This document shows, piece after piece, positions 21,257-31,691 of a stretch of DNA of 64,000 nt. The position numbers and the translations under genes are program-made. A model generated the notes under the pieces. It searched no databases. It saw nothing but the letters and a program-made list of their open reading frames with translations, and was not told the DNA's origin. Positions within the stretch are counted from its first letter, which is position 1. Every line of letters starts with the position of its first letter. This stretch comes from an uncultured Verrucomicrobiae bacterium (GTDB lineage Bacteria > Verrucomicrobiota > Verrucomicrobiia > Limisphaerales > Palsa-1400), in assembly GCA_963707025.1 (NCBI GenBank), contig CAVPOM010000018.1, forward strand, positions 416,001 through 480,000. The letters run 5' to 3'.

Positions 21257-22619
21257 TCAGAGCGCACATGGCCGTGCTCCGCCGGCCTTGGCAAGCAGCC
21301 CGGCATTTTCCAGTTGATCCGCCGCGGCCGACAGCGCTGCCAACGGAAGGCCGGATCGGGTCGCGATATCGAGCAGCGAATGCCCGCCGTCCGAAAAATT
21401 TAGCACCCACAACATCGCCTCTTCGGCGCCGGCGTTTTTTGTTCCGCCAACCGGGTGATAAAGTCCCCGCCGGCCCAGTTGGGGCTCGCATTTCGGATTC
21501 AAGTTCACGTAGCTCTCGTTCTCCTCCAGTGCGGTGATGATCTGCAGTATTTGTTGCAGCGATTCGGCCATGCTCGAAGGTTTGACCAGACTCAAGTTAT
21601 CCGCCGAAGTGTGATATTGCGGATATCCGCCATTGGGTGTGCGCATGAAACATCCCACCGGCAGGTTGATGCCGGGCGAACAGTACCTGGCGCTCATCGT
21701 ATCCATGAGGAGTGAAGTCCAGCAACTGAAATTCCCGGCCCGACTGCTGCAAGACATGCTCAACCACCCGGTCAATCTCGGCGTTTCCCCGGCGGCTGCG
21801 CTTGTAAGTGAAACGTCCCGGATCACCGACGCAGGAGAGGACCAGGCCGTGCTTGATATTGGGGAGGTGCGCCTCATTCAACGCCAGCCAAGTAATCGAG
21901 CCAATCGTTCCCGGTATCCACACAAACCGGTAGGAATAGCGCAACGGCCGGCCGGACAGATGTTGCGCCAGCCTGGCCGCGACCGCCATCCCGGACAGAT
22001 TGTCGTTGCAAAGCGAGGGATGGCAGCAATGCGACGAGATCAGAACCTCGGCATCCGTCGCGCCTTGAATGCGCAACTCGCCATAGGTCAGGTGGCCGGG
22101 TTCCAGTGTGGAATTGATGCAAACCTCGTACTCGGCATCGGCCAGGCTTTCCAACTGGCGATGGCTCAGGCAGAATCCCCAAGTCTCCTTGTAATATGAC
22201 GTGCGATAAGGGATCCAGTCCGGCGATCCGGACAACGTAAACAAGTGCGGCCGCAACTCTGAGAGGCCCACCTTCTTCCGCACCGGAACGCTGTAGTTAA
22301 CGACATGCAGATTGGACTTGCGGAAATCCACCACTTTCCCGCCTCCTGCATTCTTGATATAGGCATCACGAATGTTCCATTCCTTCGGCACCACCCAATC
22401 GAAAACCTTGGTTCCGCTCGGGACTTCGTGGAGGGACAACGGTGCCTGCTGCTGAAGCAACCGCAGGCTTGCGCGCAGCCCGTTTCCGGTAATGCTGCGG
22501 CAGATCGGATAAAGTTCCGACACGATGCGGTATAGTTCCGCGCCTTCCCGGGCGGCATCCCACTCACGGGATGCGCCGGCGGGCCGCTGGCCGCCAGTGT
22601 CAAGCATATCAACCATCAA
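21257..22619 (-). CDS. DUF4910 aminopeptidase-like protein (frameshift near 21686)
   Basis: YPICRSITGNG, HCCHPSLCNDNLSG; DERQ joins YCSPGINLPVG...YHTSADNL...PKCEPQLGRRGLY after removing one G. Confidence 0.88.
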
Positions 22620-23143
22620 GCCAGGAGCGGCCAGTTCCGGTCTTTATCGTTTATCACGGTCACGGGCAGGGGCCACTCAATGCCCAGTTTTGGATCGTCA
22701 AAGCGCAGGCCGGCCGATTTGTCGGGCGCATAAAACTCGCTGATTTGATAGAAGACCTCGGTTTCGTCCGCCAAAGTCTGCAAGCCATGAGCGAACATCC
22801 CGGGAATATAAAGCGCGCGCCGGTTCCGGGCGGTCAATTCCGCACCCAGATGCTGGAGGTGGGTCGGGGAATCCTGCCGAAGATCAACCACCACGTCGTA
22901 GATGGCGCCGCTCGTGCAGCGCACCAGCTTGGTTTCGCAGGCGGGGGCCAGTTGATAGTGCAGTCCGCGCAGAGTGCCCCGGGTTCGATTGGCGGAGATG
23001 CTGCATTGCACAAATTCCCCCGCCAACCCGTGCTCCTCGAATTCGCGGGCGCAAAAGGTCCGCGCAAAAAAACCGCGGGCATCTTTGTGCGGCTCCGGTT
23101 CGATAATATAAACTCCGGACAGTTTCGTCGGGATGAAAATCAT
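22616..23143 (-). CDS. rfbC: dTDP-4-dehydrorhamnose 3,5-epimerase family protein
   Basis: DARGFFARTF, TLRGLHYQ, DVVVDLR, FAHG motifs. Confidence 0.9.
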   Translation of the reverse strand: MIFIPTKLSGVYIIEPEPHKDARGFFARTFCAREFEEHGLAGEFVQCSISANRTRGTLRGLHYQLAPACETKLVRCTSGAIYDVVVDLRQDSPTHLQHLGAELTARNRRALYIPGMFAHGLQTLADETEVFYQISEFYAPDKSAGLRFDDPKLGIEWPLPVTVINDKDRNWPLLA

Positions 23144-23194
23144 CGCTTCCGCAGTCGCCGGCTGCGCCCGCCGGCGGGATTCTGCAACGGCCGG

Positions 23195-24226
23195 CTAAAT
23201 GGCGTCGCGCCAAAAAAATTGTTCGTTGATTTGCCCGGTGCGGATGAGATACTCGATTTGCTTCAGCCGCGTGAAGGTCCGGTGCTGGAAAACTTCCGGC
23301 GGCATCTCGATCCGTTTGAACAAGGCATAAAGCTGTTGCGCGCCGCGCCGCGCATCCCACGCGCACTGGAACCCGGCGAGGTGTTTCCGGATCTTTTCAA
23401 ACGATACCCGGTAGCTGCGATTGTCCGGGCTGGGCGGGCCGAGGGTGAGCCGGCAGCCGGGGAATGTCTCGGCCACGATCTCAGCGATCTCTCTCACCCG
23501 ATAATTGTGCTGCGTGTCGCCGACATTAAAAAGTTCATTATGCACGGCTTCACGCGGGGCTTGCAGCACCGCGCTGATGGCCCGGCAGATGTCCAGGCCG
23601 TGGACCAGCGGACGCCAGGGCGTGCCATCGCTGGTCATGCGGATTTCTCGGGTCGTCCAAGCCAGCCCCGCCAAGTTGTTGAGCACAATGTCGAACCGCA
23701 TGTGCGGCGAGGCTCCGTAGGCGGTGGCGTTGCGCAGAAAAGTGGGTGAGAACTTGTCGTTGGCCAGTGGTTTAACGTCGCGTTCGACCAGCGTTTTGCA
23801 GATGGCGTAGGTGGTTTGCGGATTCACCGGCGACTCCTCGTCCACATAGTCCTCCTCCGCCACACCGTACACGGCGCAGGATGACATATAGACAAAGCGC
23901 TTGACACCGGCCTGGCGGGCAAGTTCAGCCAGCCGCACCGAGCCAGCATGGTTAATCTCGTAAGTGATCTTCGGCGCGAGTTGTCCGATCGGATCGTTGG
24001 ACAGTTCGGCCATATGCACCACGGCGTCAATTCCGCGAAAGTCGGCCGGCTCGATTTGCCGCAGATCCTTGACCAGGGTTAGTGGCGCAAACGGCCCGTG
24101 GCGGTACAGGGTGCCCTCCTTGTAAAACCCGGTGTCGAGTCCCATCACCTCATGGCCAGCTCGGAGGAGGTCCACTGCGAGCAGGCTGCCCAAATATCCA
24201 TCGGTTCCGGTCACGAAAATGCGCAT
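23195..24226 (-). CDS. NAD-dependent NDP-sugar epimerase/dehydratase
   Basis: VTGTDGYLG, HMAELSNDP, YAICK (YxxxK), RNATAYG, DGTPWRP. Confidence 0.9.
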   Translation of the reverse strand: MRIFVTGTDGYLGSLLAVDLLRAGHEVMGLDTGFYKEGTLYRHGPFAPLTLVKDLRQIEPADFRGIDAVVHMAELSNDPIGQLAPKITYEINHAGSVRLAELARQAGVKRFVYMSSCAVYGVAEEDYVDEESPVNPQTTYAICKTLVERDVKPLANDKFSPTFLRNATAYGASPHMRFDIVLNNLAGLAWTTREIRMTSDGTPWRPLVHGLDICRAISAVLQAPREAVHNELFNVGDTQHNYRVREIAEIVAETFPGCRLTLGPPSPDNRSYRVSFEKIRKHLAGFQCAWDARRGAQQLYALFKRIEMPPEVFQHRTFTRLKQIEYLIRTGQINEQFFWRDAI

Positions 24227-25054
24227 GGGAATTGTCTCCAATATTTCCGGTTCAGCCAAGACGAGTTGGCAGCGCTGGATTGAAGGTCATCAACGGAGTG
24301 CAACTTAACCGCAGCGCCAAGGCGATGGCCGGTAGAAGCTCCCTCCGACCAGGCTGCATGTCCAGCAGGAATGAAAACCCGGAAGAACGCCAACCCCATC
24401 ACCAGACGGGAAACCACCGGCAAACCAGCCCAGGACGACGAAACTGGCGCTTCAAGGCCACACTCCGTGCCGGTCAATTCGCAGGACCATTCTTGACTGT
24501 CCTGCTATCTGCGTCGTTTACGCTCTCCACTGCCTTTAATCGGTTTCAGTCGCCTGATGCCCGTAAGCCGCTTGGCTCCGGCGCTTGCTCCCTGCCCTTT
24601 GCCCGGAGACTTGGCACGATCCGTTGGTCTGTTCGTAAAAGCCGGCGCCCGCCACTATTATTAAGCCGGGCGCGGGTGCTCTCGTCAACGTCGTTTGTCC
24701 CGCCCGTGCGCACCTCACCCTCATCGAAGCCGGCGATTTGGCCGGCGGTGGTATCCTTAATTTTCCCAGCCGTCCGAGTTTAAGTTGTGAAATCGCCTTC
24801 GTTGAACTGCCATCCGGCATCCACGCGGGGGGATGGACAAAGCATTGCCTGGCGCAACCGCCAGAAGGGCATGGCAAGCGGTCATTGCAGGGGGTAATCG
24901 TGGCATGGCCACTAATTATCATCACTTTTTGTTTATGTTTCGCGATCCGGCTAAACCGTAACACAGAAACCGGGAAGCGCAAATGTCTTTGACAACCAGC
25001 GCCGGCAGTCGGCTCAGGAATGGAAAACGGCGGCGCCGGGCCGCTGGACCTGGG

Positions 25055-26407
25055 TCACTTCCGGGGCATTCCCAACCTGTCCATCAGTTCGTAAAGGTTG
25101 GATCTGGCGATGCCCAGTTCCACGGCGGCGGGAGCAATTTTTCCGTCATGCTTGCGCAGGGCATTTTTTATCATCTCCTTTTCCAGATTCTCCCGGGCCT
25201 CTTTGAGCGTGGTGCCGCCGGAGCCGGGGGCGCGCGCCGGCAATTCCAGGTCAGGCACTGTCACGCGCTTTCCCTCGGCCATGATGACGGCCCGGTGGAT
25301 GCAATTCTCCAACTGGCGGACGTTGCCCGGCCAGGGGTTGCGGCTCAAGGCGCGCATGGATTCCCGATCGAACGCCAAGCCCGGTTTGCCGGCCTGCTCG
25401 GCAAAACGGTGCAGAAAATATTGCGCCAGCAACCGGATGTCATCCGCCCGTTCCCGCAGCGGGGGCAGGGCTATTTTGACCACGGCGAGGCGATAAAACA
25501 AATCCTCGCGGAAGGTTCCGTCAGCCAGCCCTTTTTTGAGATCGGCGTTGGTGGCGGTGATGATGCGCGCATCAATGGGGATGGGCTGCCGTCCGCCGAC
25601 CCGCTCAATGCACTGCTCCTGGAGGAAACGGAGCAGTTTGACCTGGAGCGGCAGGGGAATTTCCCCAATCTCATCCAGAAACAGCGTGCCGCCAATCGCG
25701 CTTTCAAACCGCCCTTTCCGCTGGACGTGGGCGCCGGTGAAGGAGCCTTTCTCGTGCCCGAACAATTCGCTTTCCAAAAGCGTTTCCGGGATGGCGCTGC
25801 AGTTGATGGCGACAAAGGGCCCCTTCTGGCGGGCGCCGCAATGGTGGATGGCTTGCGCCACCATTTCCTTGCCCGTGCCGCTCTCCCCCAATAAAAGCAC
25901 CGGAGCGTCCGTCGTGGCCACCTTGCGGATCGCCTCAAACAAGCTGCGCATGGCCGCGCTGGTCCCCAGCATCCCCTCGAAAACGTCCGGGCGCTCTTCC
26001 CGCTGCCTCTCGCGCAGTTCCCGTTCCAGGTGCGCCACATGAAAGACCCGTTTCAGAACAATTCGCAGTTCTTCCATTTCCACCGGCTTGGCCATGAAAT
26101 CGTAGGCCCCTCCGTCTATGGCGTGGAGACCGATCCCCTTTTCGCCCTGGCCGGTGATGACGATGACTTTGGTCAGGCTTTCCAAGGCGGTTAACTCCGC
26201 CAGCGTGGCCAACCCCTCCTCAGGATCGGCGGGACGCGGCGGCAGGCCCAGATCCAGCAGGACCACCAGGGGGCGGGCCGCCTGAAAAGCCTCCAGCGCG
26301 CTCACCCGGTCGCCCGCGAGAATAATGTCATAATCGCCGGCCAGCGCCCATTTCATCTGGGTGCGTATTTCCTCTTCGTCGTCAACAATCAATAATTTAG
26401 GATTCAT
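25055..26407 (-). CDS. prsR: PEP-CTERM-system sigma-54-dependent response regulator
   Basis: Receiver domain with LLDLGLPP, AAA+ GESGTGKE and ELFGHEKGSFTGA, C-terminal HTH; adjacent to a PrsK-type kinase. Confidence 0.9.
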   Translation of the reverse strand: MNPKLLIVDDEEEIRTQMKWALAGDYDIILAGDRVSALEAFQAARPLVVLLDLGLPPRPADPEEGLATLAELTALESLTKVIVITGQGEKGIGLHAIDGGAYDFMAKPVEMEELRIVLKRVFHVAHLERELRERQREERPDVFEGMLGTSAAMRSLFEAIRKVATTDAPVLLLGESGTGKEMVAQAIHHCGARQKGPFVAINCSAIPETLLESELFGHEKGSFTGAHVQRKGRFESAIGGTLFLDEIGEIPLPLQVKLLRFLQEQCIERVGGRQPIPIDARIITATNADLKKGLADGTFREDLFYRLAVVKIALPPLRERADDIRLLAQYFLHRFAEQAGKPGLAFDRESMRALSRNPWPGNVRQLENCIHRAVIMAEGKRVTVPDLELPARAPGSGGTTLKEARENLEKEMIKNALRKHDGKIAPAAVELGIARSNLYELMDRLGMPRK

Positions 26408-28552
26408 CAGCTGCGCTGGTTCGCCGGCAAAAACACTCGAAAGGTCGTGCCTTTGTTCAGTTGACTCTCCACCTCAACCCTGCCGCCGTGCGCCTCAACA
26501 ATCATTTTACTCTGAAACATGCCAATGCCAAAGCCTTCTTTCTTGGTGGTTTGAAAGGGCCGGAACAGCGATCCCTGGAGAAACTCCGGCGCCATGCCGC
26601 AACCATTGTCCGCCACCGTCAGCACCACCCAGCCTTTGGTCAGGCTGGTCTCCACCCGGATTTGACCGTTGGGCGGGACAGCTTCGGCGGCATTGAGGAC
26701 GAGATTGGTCACCACTTTGTGAATCTGCTCTGAGTCAAATATAAATTTCGGGATGGGGTCCAGATGGGCCGCCCATTCAATGGCGGGGGCGCCGTTCCAA
26801 CCGGCCAGGATTTTGGAAACCAAGTCATTAAGATCGGAAAACTGCGGGCGAATCTGCAGATCATGGCGCAGCACACTCAGCCGCCCAATCAAATTATTGA
26901 TATGCTGCCCGGATTTGGCGATGCCCCGCAAGGCATCCTCCCGGAAGGCCGGATTATCAAAGTGGACGGGCAGATTTTTCAGCATCAAATTCAGCGTCGA
27001 GGCGGTGTTCTTCAAGTCATGCACGAAAAAGGCGGACATGGTTTGAAACGCCTCCAGTTCCTTGGCCTGCAACAGCTTCTGCGAGAGTTGGCAATTGAGC
27101 AGGCTGGCTGCCACCTGGTCGCCCACACATTTGAGAAGGTCGTAATCCTGGAGGGAAAAGAGCGCCCCGCCCACCCGGTCGCCCAACAGCATCAGGCCCA
27201 GCAGTTGGCCCGCCGCGATCATGGGCACGCACACCCGGCTGCCGCCTTCCTCAAACTCCGAAGGATGGCAACGCCGCAAGGTCACCGCCCACTTCTCACC
27301 GGAGTACTCCACATCCACCGGGTCCAGACGATTTCGCATGGCCTGAATCAACTCGGACGACTCCTCGCGGTTCGGCCGCAATAGTTCAGCCATTGGCCCG
27401 GAGATCGAAGTGGAAGCAGCCAGCTCCAAATTCTCCCCCTTGTCGTCCATCAGCCAGATGCTGACGGAAAGGGCCTGAAAAATATCCGCCGCCAGCTTCA
27501 CCGAGGCCAGGCACAGTTCTTTTTTCGTCACCCGGTTGGCCGTGCCTTCGGTGAAACGCCGCCAGACGGTGCGGTAATCATAAAGCGGCTTCTGCAAATA
27601 CCGGCTGGCGAAGCGACGCGCATGCAATCGCACCCGGTCGGAAAGCAAAAGGACCGTCACCACCAGCAAGGCTACCAGGATCAAAAACGCCCGAAGCGGG
27701 AAGGAACCCGTCAACCCCAGCCATTGCACCAACTTGGCCAGCACTCCCACGATCAGCAAATAAAGACCCGCGACCAGGGCAGTGACCGATTTGTGCAGGT
27801 TCTTATGGGAAGGATAGACGGCCACCTTCAACGACCCGCGGAACAGCGAACGCAAGACCAGCAGGCCGCCCAGCAGCAACGCCGCCGCATTGACTGTCGG
27901 GGCAGAACTTTGCGGTCCTGTCATGGAAATCATTTGTTCCTTGTCCAGGAGTTGGGTCGGAAGGGCCAGCGCTTGACTGGCAGTATAAACCCTCGCCGCA
28001 AACAAGAGGCCCAAGCCAAGCAACATGAATTTGATCCGCCACCGCATCGTCCCAACTGACGCCCAGAAGGTCATTTCCAGTTGCATCAGAACCACGACCG
28101 CGCTCAACAGAGAGATCAAAAACAAGGCCCAGCCGGCGCGTGTCAATGGGAACAGCCATCGCAAGGTTGCGGGAAGAGGAACCGGCAGGGCCACAAGGCG
28201 GCCATGACAGCAGATCACAAGGGCTGTTGGGATGATGAACGCAGCTCCCAAGGCCACCCGCCATTTGCCCAAAAACTCCCGATAATTTCCCCGCGCGTAA
28301 CTTAGACTGAAAGCAAGCCAAGTTCCCGGCAGCAGCGACCCGGCCAATAAAGCCCAATCCTCCCAATGCCCCGCCACCTCCGGGCGGACAGCGTTCTGCC
28401 ATCAGTCCGGAAAAAACACTTTCACAGGACAGCAAGACCATGCCGGCAACAAAAAACCAGACCGCCACGGAGCGCCGCTCACGAGAAACGGCGACCAACG
28501 CTATCGCGCCTCCAAAAAAGGCGCTGGCGTAGTCAAACACAGCAGCACTCAT
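26407..28552 (-). CDS. prsK: PEP-CTERM-system membrane histidine kinase (frameshift near 28390-28397)
   Basis: N-terminus MSAAVFDYAS in ORF 27803..28591; multi-TM region, GAF domain, AFFVHDLKN H-box and DNGCGM...FQTTK...GIG in 26407..28377. Confidence 0.88.
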
Positions 28553-28695
28553 TAGTTTATTGGAGCCCGCCAAGGGATCAGCACGGAACAAGCTTATTTC
28601 TCAGGCGATAGTAAGCCCGGAATCCGGGGCCAGCAATGGAAAAGCGGGGCGGGACCCACAGCGGCAAACCGCAGCCAAAACCGCGTCAAGGAAGC

Positions 28696-28790
28696 TTTCC
28701 CCGCCGTGTCGCAGAGAGCGCAGGGAAAATCATAAGTTTCCGATCTTCTTCCCCGGTCTTTCTGTGTTCTCCGCGCCTCTCCGCGGGAAA
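28696..28790. repeat. Imperfect inverted-repeat intergenic element
   Basis: Left arm tttccccgccgtgtcgcagagagcgcaggg and right arm tctgtgttctccgcgcctctccgcgggaaa are approximately reverse-complementary. Confidence 0.4.
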
Positions 28791-28843
28791 AATCCCGGGT
28801 TCCCGGGTCTTGCGCCTTCCTCAAGGAGCGCATCGGAAAAATG

Positions 28844-28872
28844 AAAAAGGCAGGACAATCAAGCCCTGCCTC
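28844..28872 (-). terminator. Intrinsic terminator after the VPDSG-CTERM gene
   Basis: Minus strand AGGCAGG-loop-CCTGCCT followed by a T run, about 30 nt past the stop. Confidence 0.7.
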
Positions 28873-28899
28873 TGTGAAAACCTATGGCAAACAAAGTCC

Positions 28900-29547
28900 T
28901 TAGCGGATCAGTTTGCGGCGAAACATTTGCAAACCGGCCAGCGCGCCCCCCAACAGCACGATCGTCAACCCACCGTCAGGAACCGTGAGTTCAGCATCCA
29001 AGCTGGCGTGACCGCCACCGCTACCCGCCGTAAGAAAAATGTCTTGGGTTAAAGAACAGGGTGTGCTTCCAACACTGCCTTCCGCCGAACCGCTTGTGAT
29101 TCCCGTAGTCGTTCCGATCAGGCTGGTTTCAGCTCCCAGCGTATTGCCACCGTCGTAGTAAGCGCTGTAGGAACCGCTCATATTGCGGGCCGTTCCACCG
29201 ACGGTGAGAATGCCCGTGCCAACACCGGTATAATCGTTCCCGGAGAAGATAATCTCCAAGGTTCCGCCGGAACTCGAATAGACGTCCACGGTGGATGTGT
29301 CCAAATCGGCAGACGCAAGCGAGCCGTAAGTGGGAAACGGATATGTGAAAGAATTGATTGTAATATTCCAACTGCCGATCGTGGCGGAATACTCCAGCGT
29401 GCCTCCGCTGGCTACCCCCGTTGCACTCACATTATATACGGTCGTCCCGTTGGCGATTACTTCCAATGAGACTGAATTTGCTTTTGCCAAGGGGACCGCC
29501 AGAAGCGCCGCGCCGATGAGCCCTGTGATGATAATCTTCGTTTTCAT
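28900..29547 (-). CDS. VPDSG-CTERM (PEP-CTERM-class) exosortase-sorted surface protein
   Basis: Signal peptide ending LAKA, Ser/Thr/Gly-rich body, C-terminal VPDGG, a hydrophobic helix, then RRKLIR. Confidence 0.9.
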   Translation of the reverse strand: MKTKIIITGLIGAALLAVPLAKANSVSLEVIANGTTVYNVSATGVASGGTLEYSATIGSWNITINSFTYPFPTYGSLASADLDTSTVDVYSSSGGTLEIIFSGNDYTGVGTGILTVGGTARNMSGSYSAYYDGGNTLGAETSLIGTTTGITSGSAEGSVGSTPCSLTQDIFLTAGSGGGHASLDAELTVPDGGLTIVLLGGALAGLQMFRRKLIR

Positions 29548-29610
29548 TGTCTGCTACTTTGGTTTCACATTTCTTGCGCGTCCCACTACTCTTGCAGCTT
29601 CTTGGATTAT

Positions 29611-29627
29611 AGCCAGTTATGTGCCAA
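29611..29627 (-). promoter_or_regulatory. Sigma-54 -24/-12 promoter of the VPDSG-CTERM gene
   Basis: Minus strand TTGGCACATAACTGGCT with GG-N10-GC spacing, 64 nt upstream of the ATG. Confidence 0.75.
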
Positions 29628-29655
29628 GGGTAATTCAGCGCGAGTGGGAATGTCG

Positions 29656-29668
29656 TAACATGTTGATA
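29656..29668 (-). promoter_or_regulatory. IHF-binding site
   Basis: Minus strand TATCAACATGTTA matches WATCAANNNNTTR exactly and lies between the promoter and the putative enhancer. Confidence 0.65.
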
Positions 29669-29725
29669 AACAGTATATTACAACCAAAGTTTTAACCCTC
29701 CAGAGAATGGCGTTTATGGCCGAAC

Positions 29726-29742
29726 CGTAGTCATTTCCGACA
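29726..29742 (-). promoter_or_regulatory. Putative PrsR enhancer site
   Basis: Minus strand TGTCGGAAATGACTACG, a TGT-N11-ACA-like box about 100 nt upstream of the -24 element. Confidence 0.5.
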
Positions 29743-29865
29743 GAAAATCCGATTGTGAGCCCGAAATCAGACGTAAGTGCCTTATATTAAATAAGATATG
29801 CGATTTCGTGGTTTTCTGTAGGTATTACCGACGTTTTGAGGGCCATTTGGCGCTCTGGGGCAAGG

Positions 29866-30546
29866 TCAAAACCAACTGAATTTCTCCGGCACGAAGATGG
29901 TATCGTAGGGCTTGAGCGAGAACGGTTCAGACTGCACTTCACCATCAATGGTTTTCTTGAGGTTAAGCACCTTATAGGTGTTGTGTCCACCAGCGTCCGT
30001 TCGTATCACTTTGACCTTGGCGAGGTTCGACTTGGCGGAATCAACGCCGACCTCGACGACCGCCTGCAAGACTGTCAGCGGCCGGTCTGAGATGAGCTTG
30101 CCCGGCCGGAGGACCGCCCCTGTCACATAGACGATGAAGGCGGAGCTTTGCACGGTCACGCTGACCTGCTTGACTTTGATCTGTTCACCGACAGCCTTCA
30201 GGACGGCCTGCTCCGCTCCGTCCGGGGTCAGACCGGAGACTTTAACTTCGCCCGCGTTGAGAATGGTGATCTTGCCATCGGCCCGGATGGTTTGCAAGGC
30301 GTCCATTTCCGGCGCGCCGGGGAACTTGATCTGCAAGACATCTCCTTCGTGCAACGACAAGGAGTATGTGGCGTTGGTGTCGTTGAGCGGGATCTGCGGA
30401 AGCGTTGCGGTGGCACATCCGGACAGGATGAAGCAGAGGACCAGCCCTAGGGTGGCGGCGACGGCATGGCAAGACGGACGAAAGGGCAAGGCCCCGGCAG
30501 GGAGGCTGTTCTTCAATGGAATTGTCGCGCTTGAATATTTCAACAT
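29866..30546 (-). CDS. Polysaccharide export lipoprotein (Wza/OPX family, short form)
   Basis: Lipobox LSGC, Poly_export motif GDVLQI...IRADGKITI...GLT, SLBB domain, DTIFVP. Confidence 0.85.
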   Translation of the reverse strand: MLKYSSATIPLKNSLPAGALPFRPSCHAVAATLGLVLCFILSGCATATLPQIPLNDTNATYSLSLHEGDVLQIKFPGAPEMDALQTIRADGKITILNAGEVKVSGLTPDGAEQAVLKAVGEQIKVKQVSVTVQSSAFIVYVTGAVLRPGKLISDRPLTVLQAVVEVGVDSAKSNLAKVKVIRTDAGGHNTYKVLNLKKTIDGEVQSEPFSLKPYDTIFVPEKFSWF

Positions 30547-31115
30547 TTTTTCTCCATTCGGCGCCGCGGAGGCGCTCTTTGATTGTTCGATTGGTTTAGA
30601 GGACAAACGGTTTGCGGTCAAGAAAACTTTGGCGCGAGCCGGCCGGCCGGACAGGGATGGTCGCACCTCAGGCCGTGCTGTGATCGCTGCGGCCCGGCCT
30701 TTCCCATCCTCCAACCTTCCTGCTCGATGCCCGCATTCTTGGCGCGGCTCGCTTTCGCAACCATGCGAAAAAGCGGCGGGGGCAGGCGGGTCGGATTCGC
30801 GGAATTAGAATCGGTCCTGCGCCGGAAAACTTTGTCCAGAAAACAGCCGGTCGTGTACCAAGACCGTCCGCGCGTCAGTCAATCAAGAAGCCGTCGCGGG
30901 GTTTTCCGAAAATAATCTGAAGAAAAAACGCGCCGCTCCGCCCACCGGATGCACGGGGCCACCGCCAAATGGCTTCATGCAACCTGTTGCCGGACAGCCG
31001 GTTGCAAAATCAGAAAAACACACTGCCCCGGACCTGATCTTTGACATGCCGTCCGCCGCGAAATACCTGGCGCGCCCGAAGGCCAGGTTGGCAGACCGGC
31101 TGCTAAACAGGGGTA

Positions 31116-31679
31116 ATGATGCGTGAGACCATTTCAAAAATCAGTTTGGCAGGAATCTCCAGCCGTCGGGCGATTCTCATTCTTGTCGCGGGCCTGGCCC
31201 TGGCGCTGAGCCCAGCGGCGCGCGCGACCCAAAGCGTGACGCTGGCCTGGAATGCCAGCCCCGCCACCAACGTGACCGGTTACAAGATTTACTACGGGAA
31301 CAACGGCACCAATTACAACAACCAGGTGGACGCAGGCGCCAGCACCAGCTGGAACGTAGCCGGATTGCAGGAAGGGCAGACTAATTACTTTGTGGTGACG
31401 GCCTATGATGTCAATCATAACGAGAGCCCGCCGTCCAACCAGACGCTTTATTACGTCCCGGGCGTGTTGCAACTGTCCGTCGTGAACGGCCCACGGCAGG
31501 CCGTGGCCGTCAACTTCCCGGTGGCGCTCGGCCAGTCTTACTCAGTGCAGGCGTCCACAGACTTGAAAAACTGGGCAACCATCTGGCAAACCAACGCCAC
31601 CACCAATATCTGGGTGCAATTCCAGGACCCTGCCGCCCCGAACCTCCGGATGCGCTTTTACCGGACGGTTGCTAATTGA
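31116..31679 (+). CDS. Secreted fibronectin type III domain protein
   Basis: Signal peptide, VTLAWNAS...GYKIYYG...YFVVTAYD...ESPPSN FN3 repeat, C-terminal QASTDLKNW...FYR module. The only clear plus-strand gene. Confidence 0.85.
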   Translation: MMRETISKISLAGISSRRAILILVAGLALALSPAARATQSVTLAWNASPATNVTGYKIYYGNNGTNYNNQVDAGASTSWNVAGLQEGQTNYFVVTAYDVNHNESPPSNQTLYYVPGVLQLSVVNGPRQAVAVNFPVALGQSYSVQASTDLKNWATIWQTNATTNIWVQFQDPAAPNLRMRFYRTVAN

Positions 31680-31691
31680 GGAACGGACCGA

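Noticed and set aside
24611..24628. TTGGCACG as a sigma-54 promoter
   Set aside because: No GC at the -12 position and wrong strand for the downstream operon.
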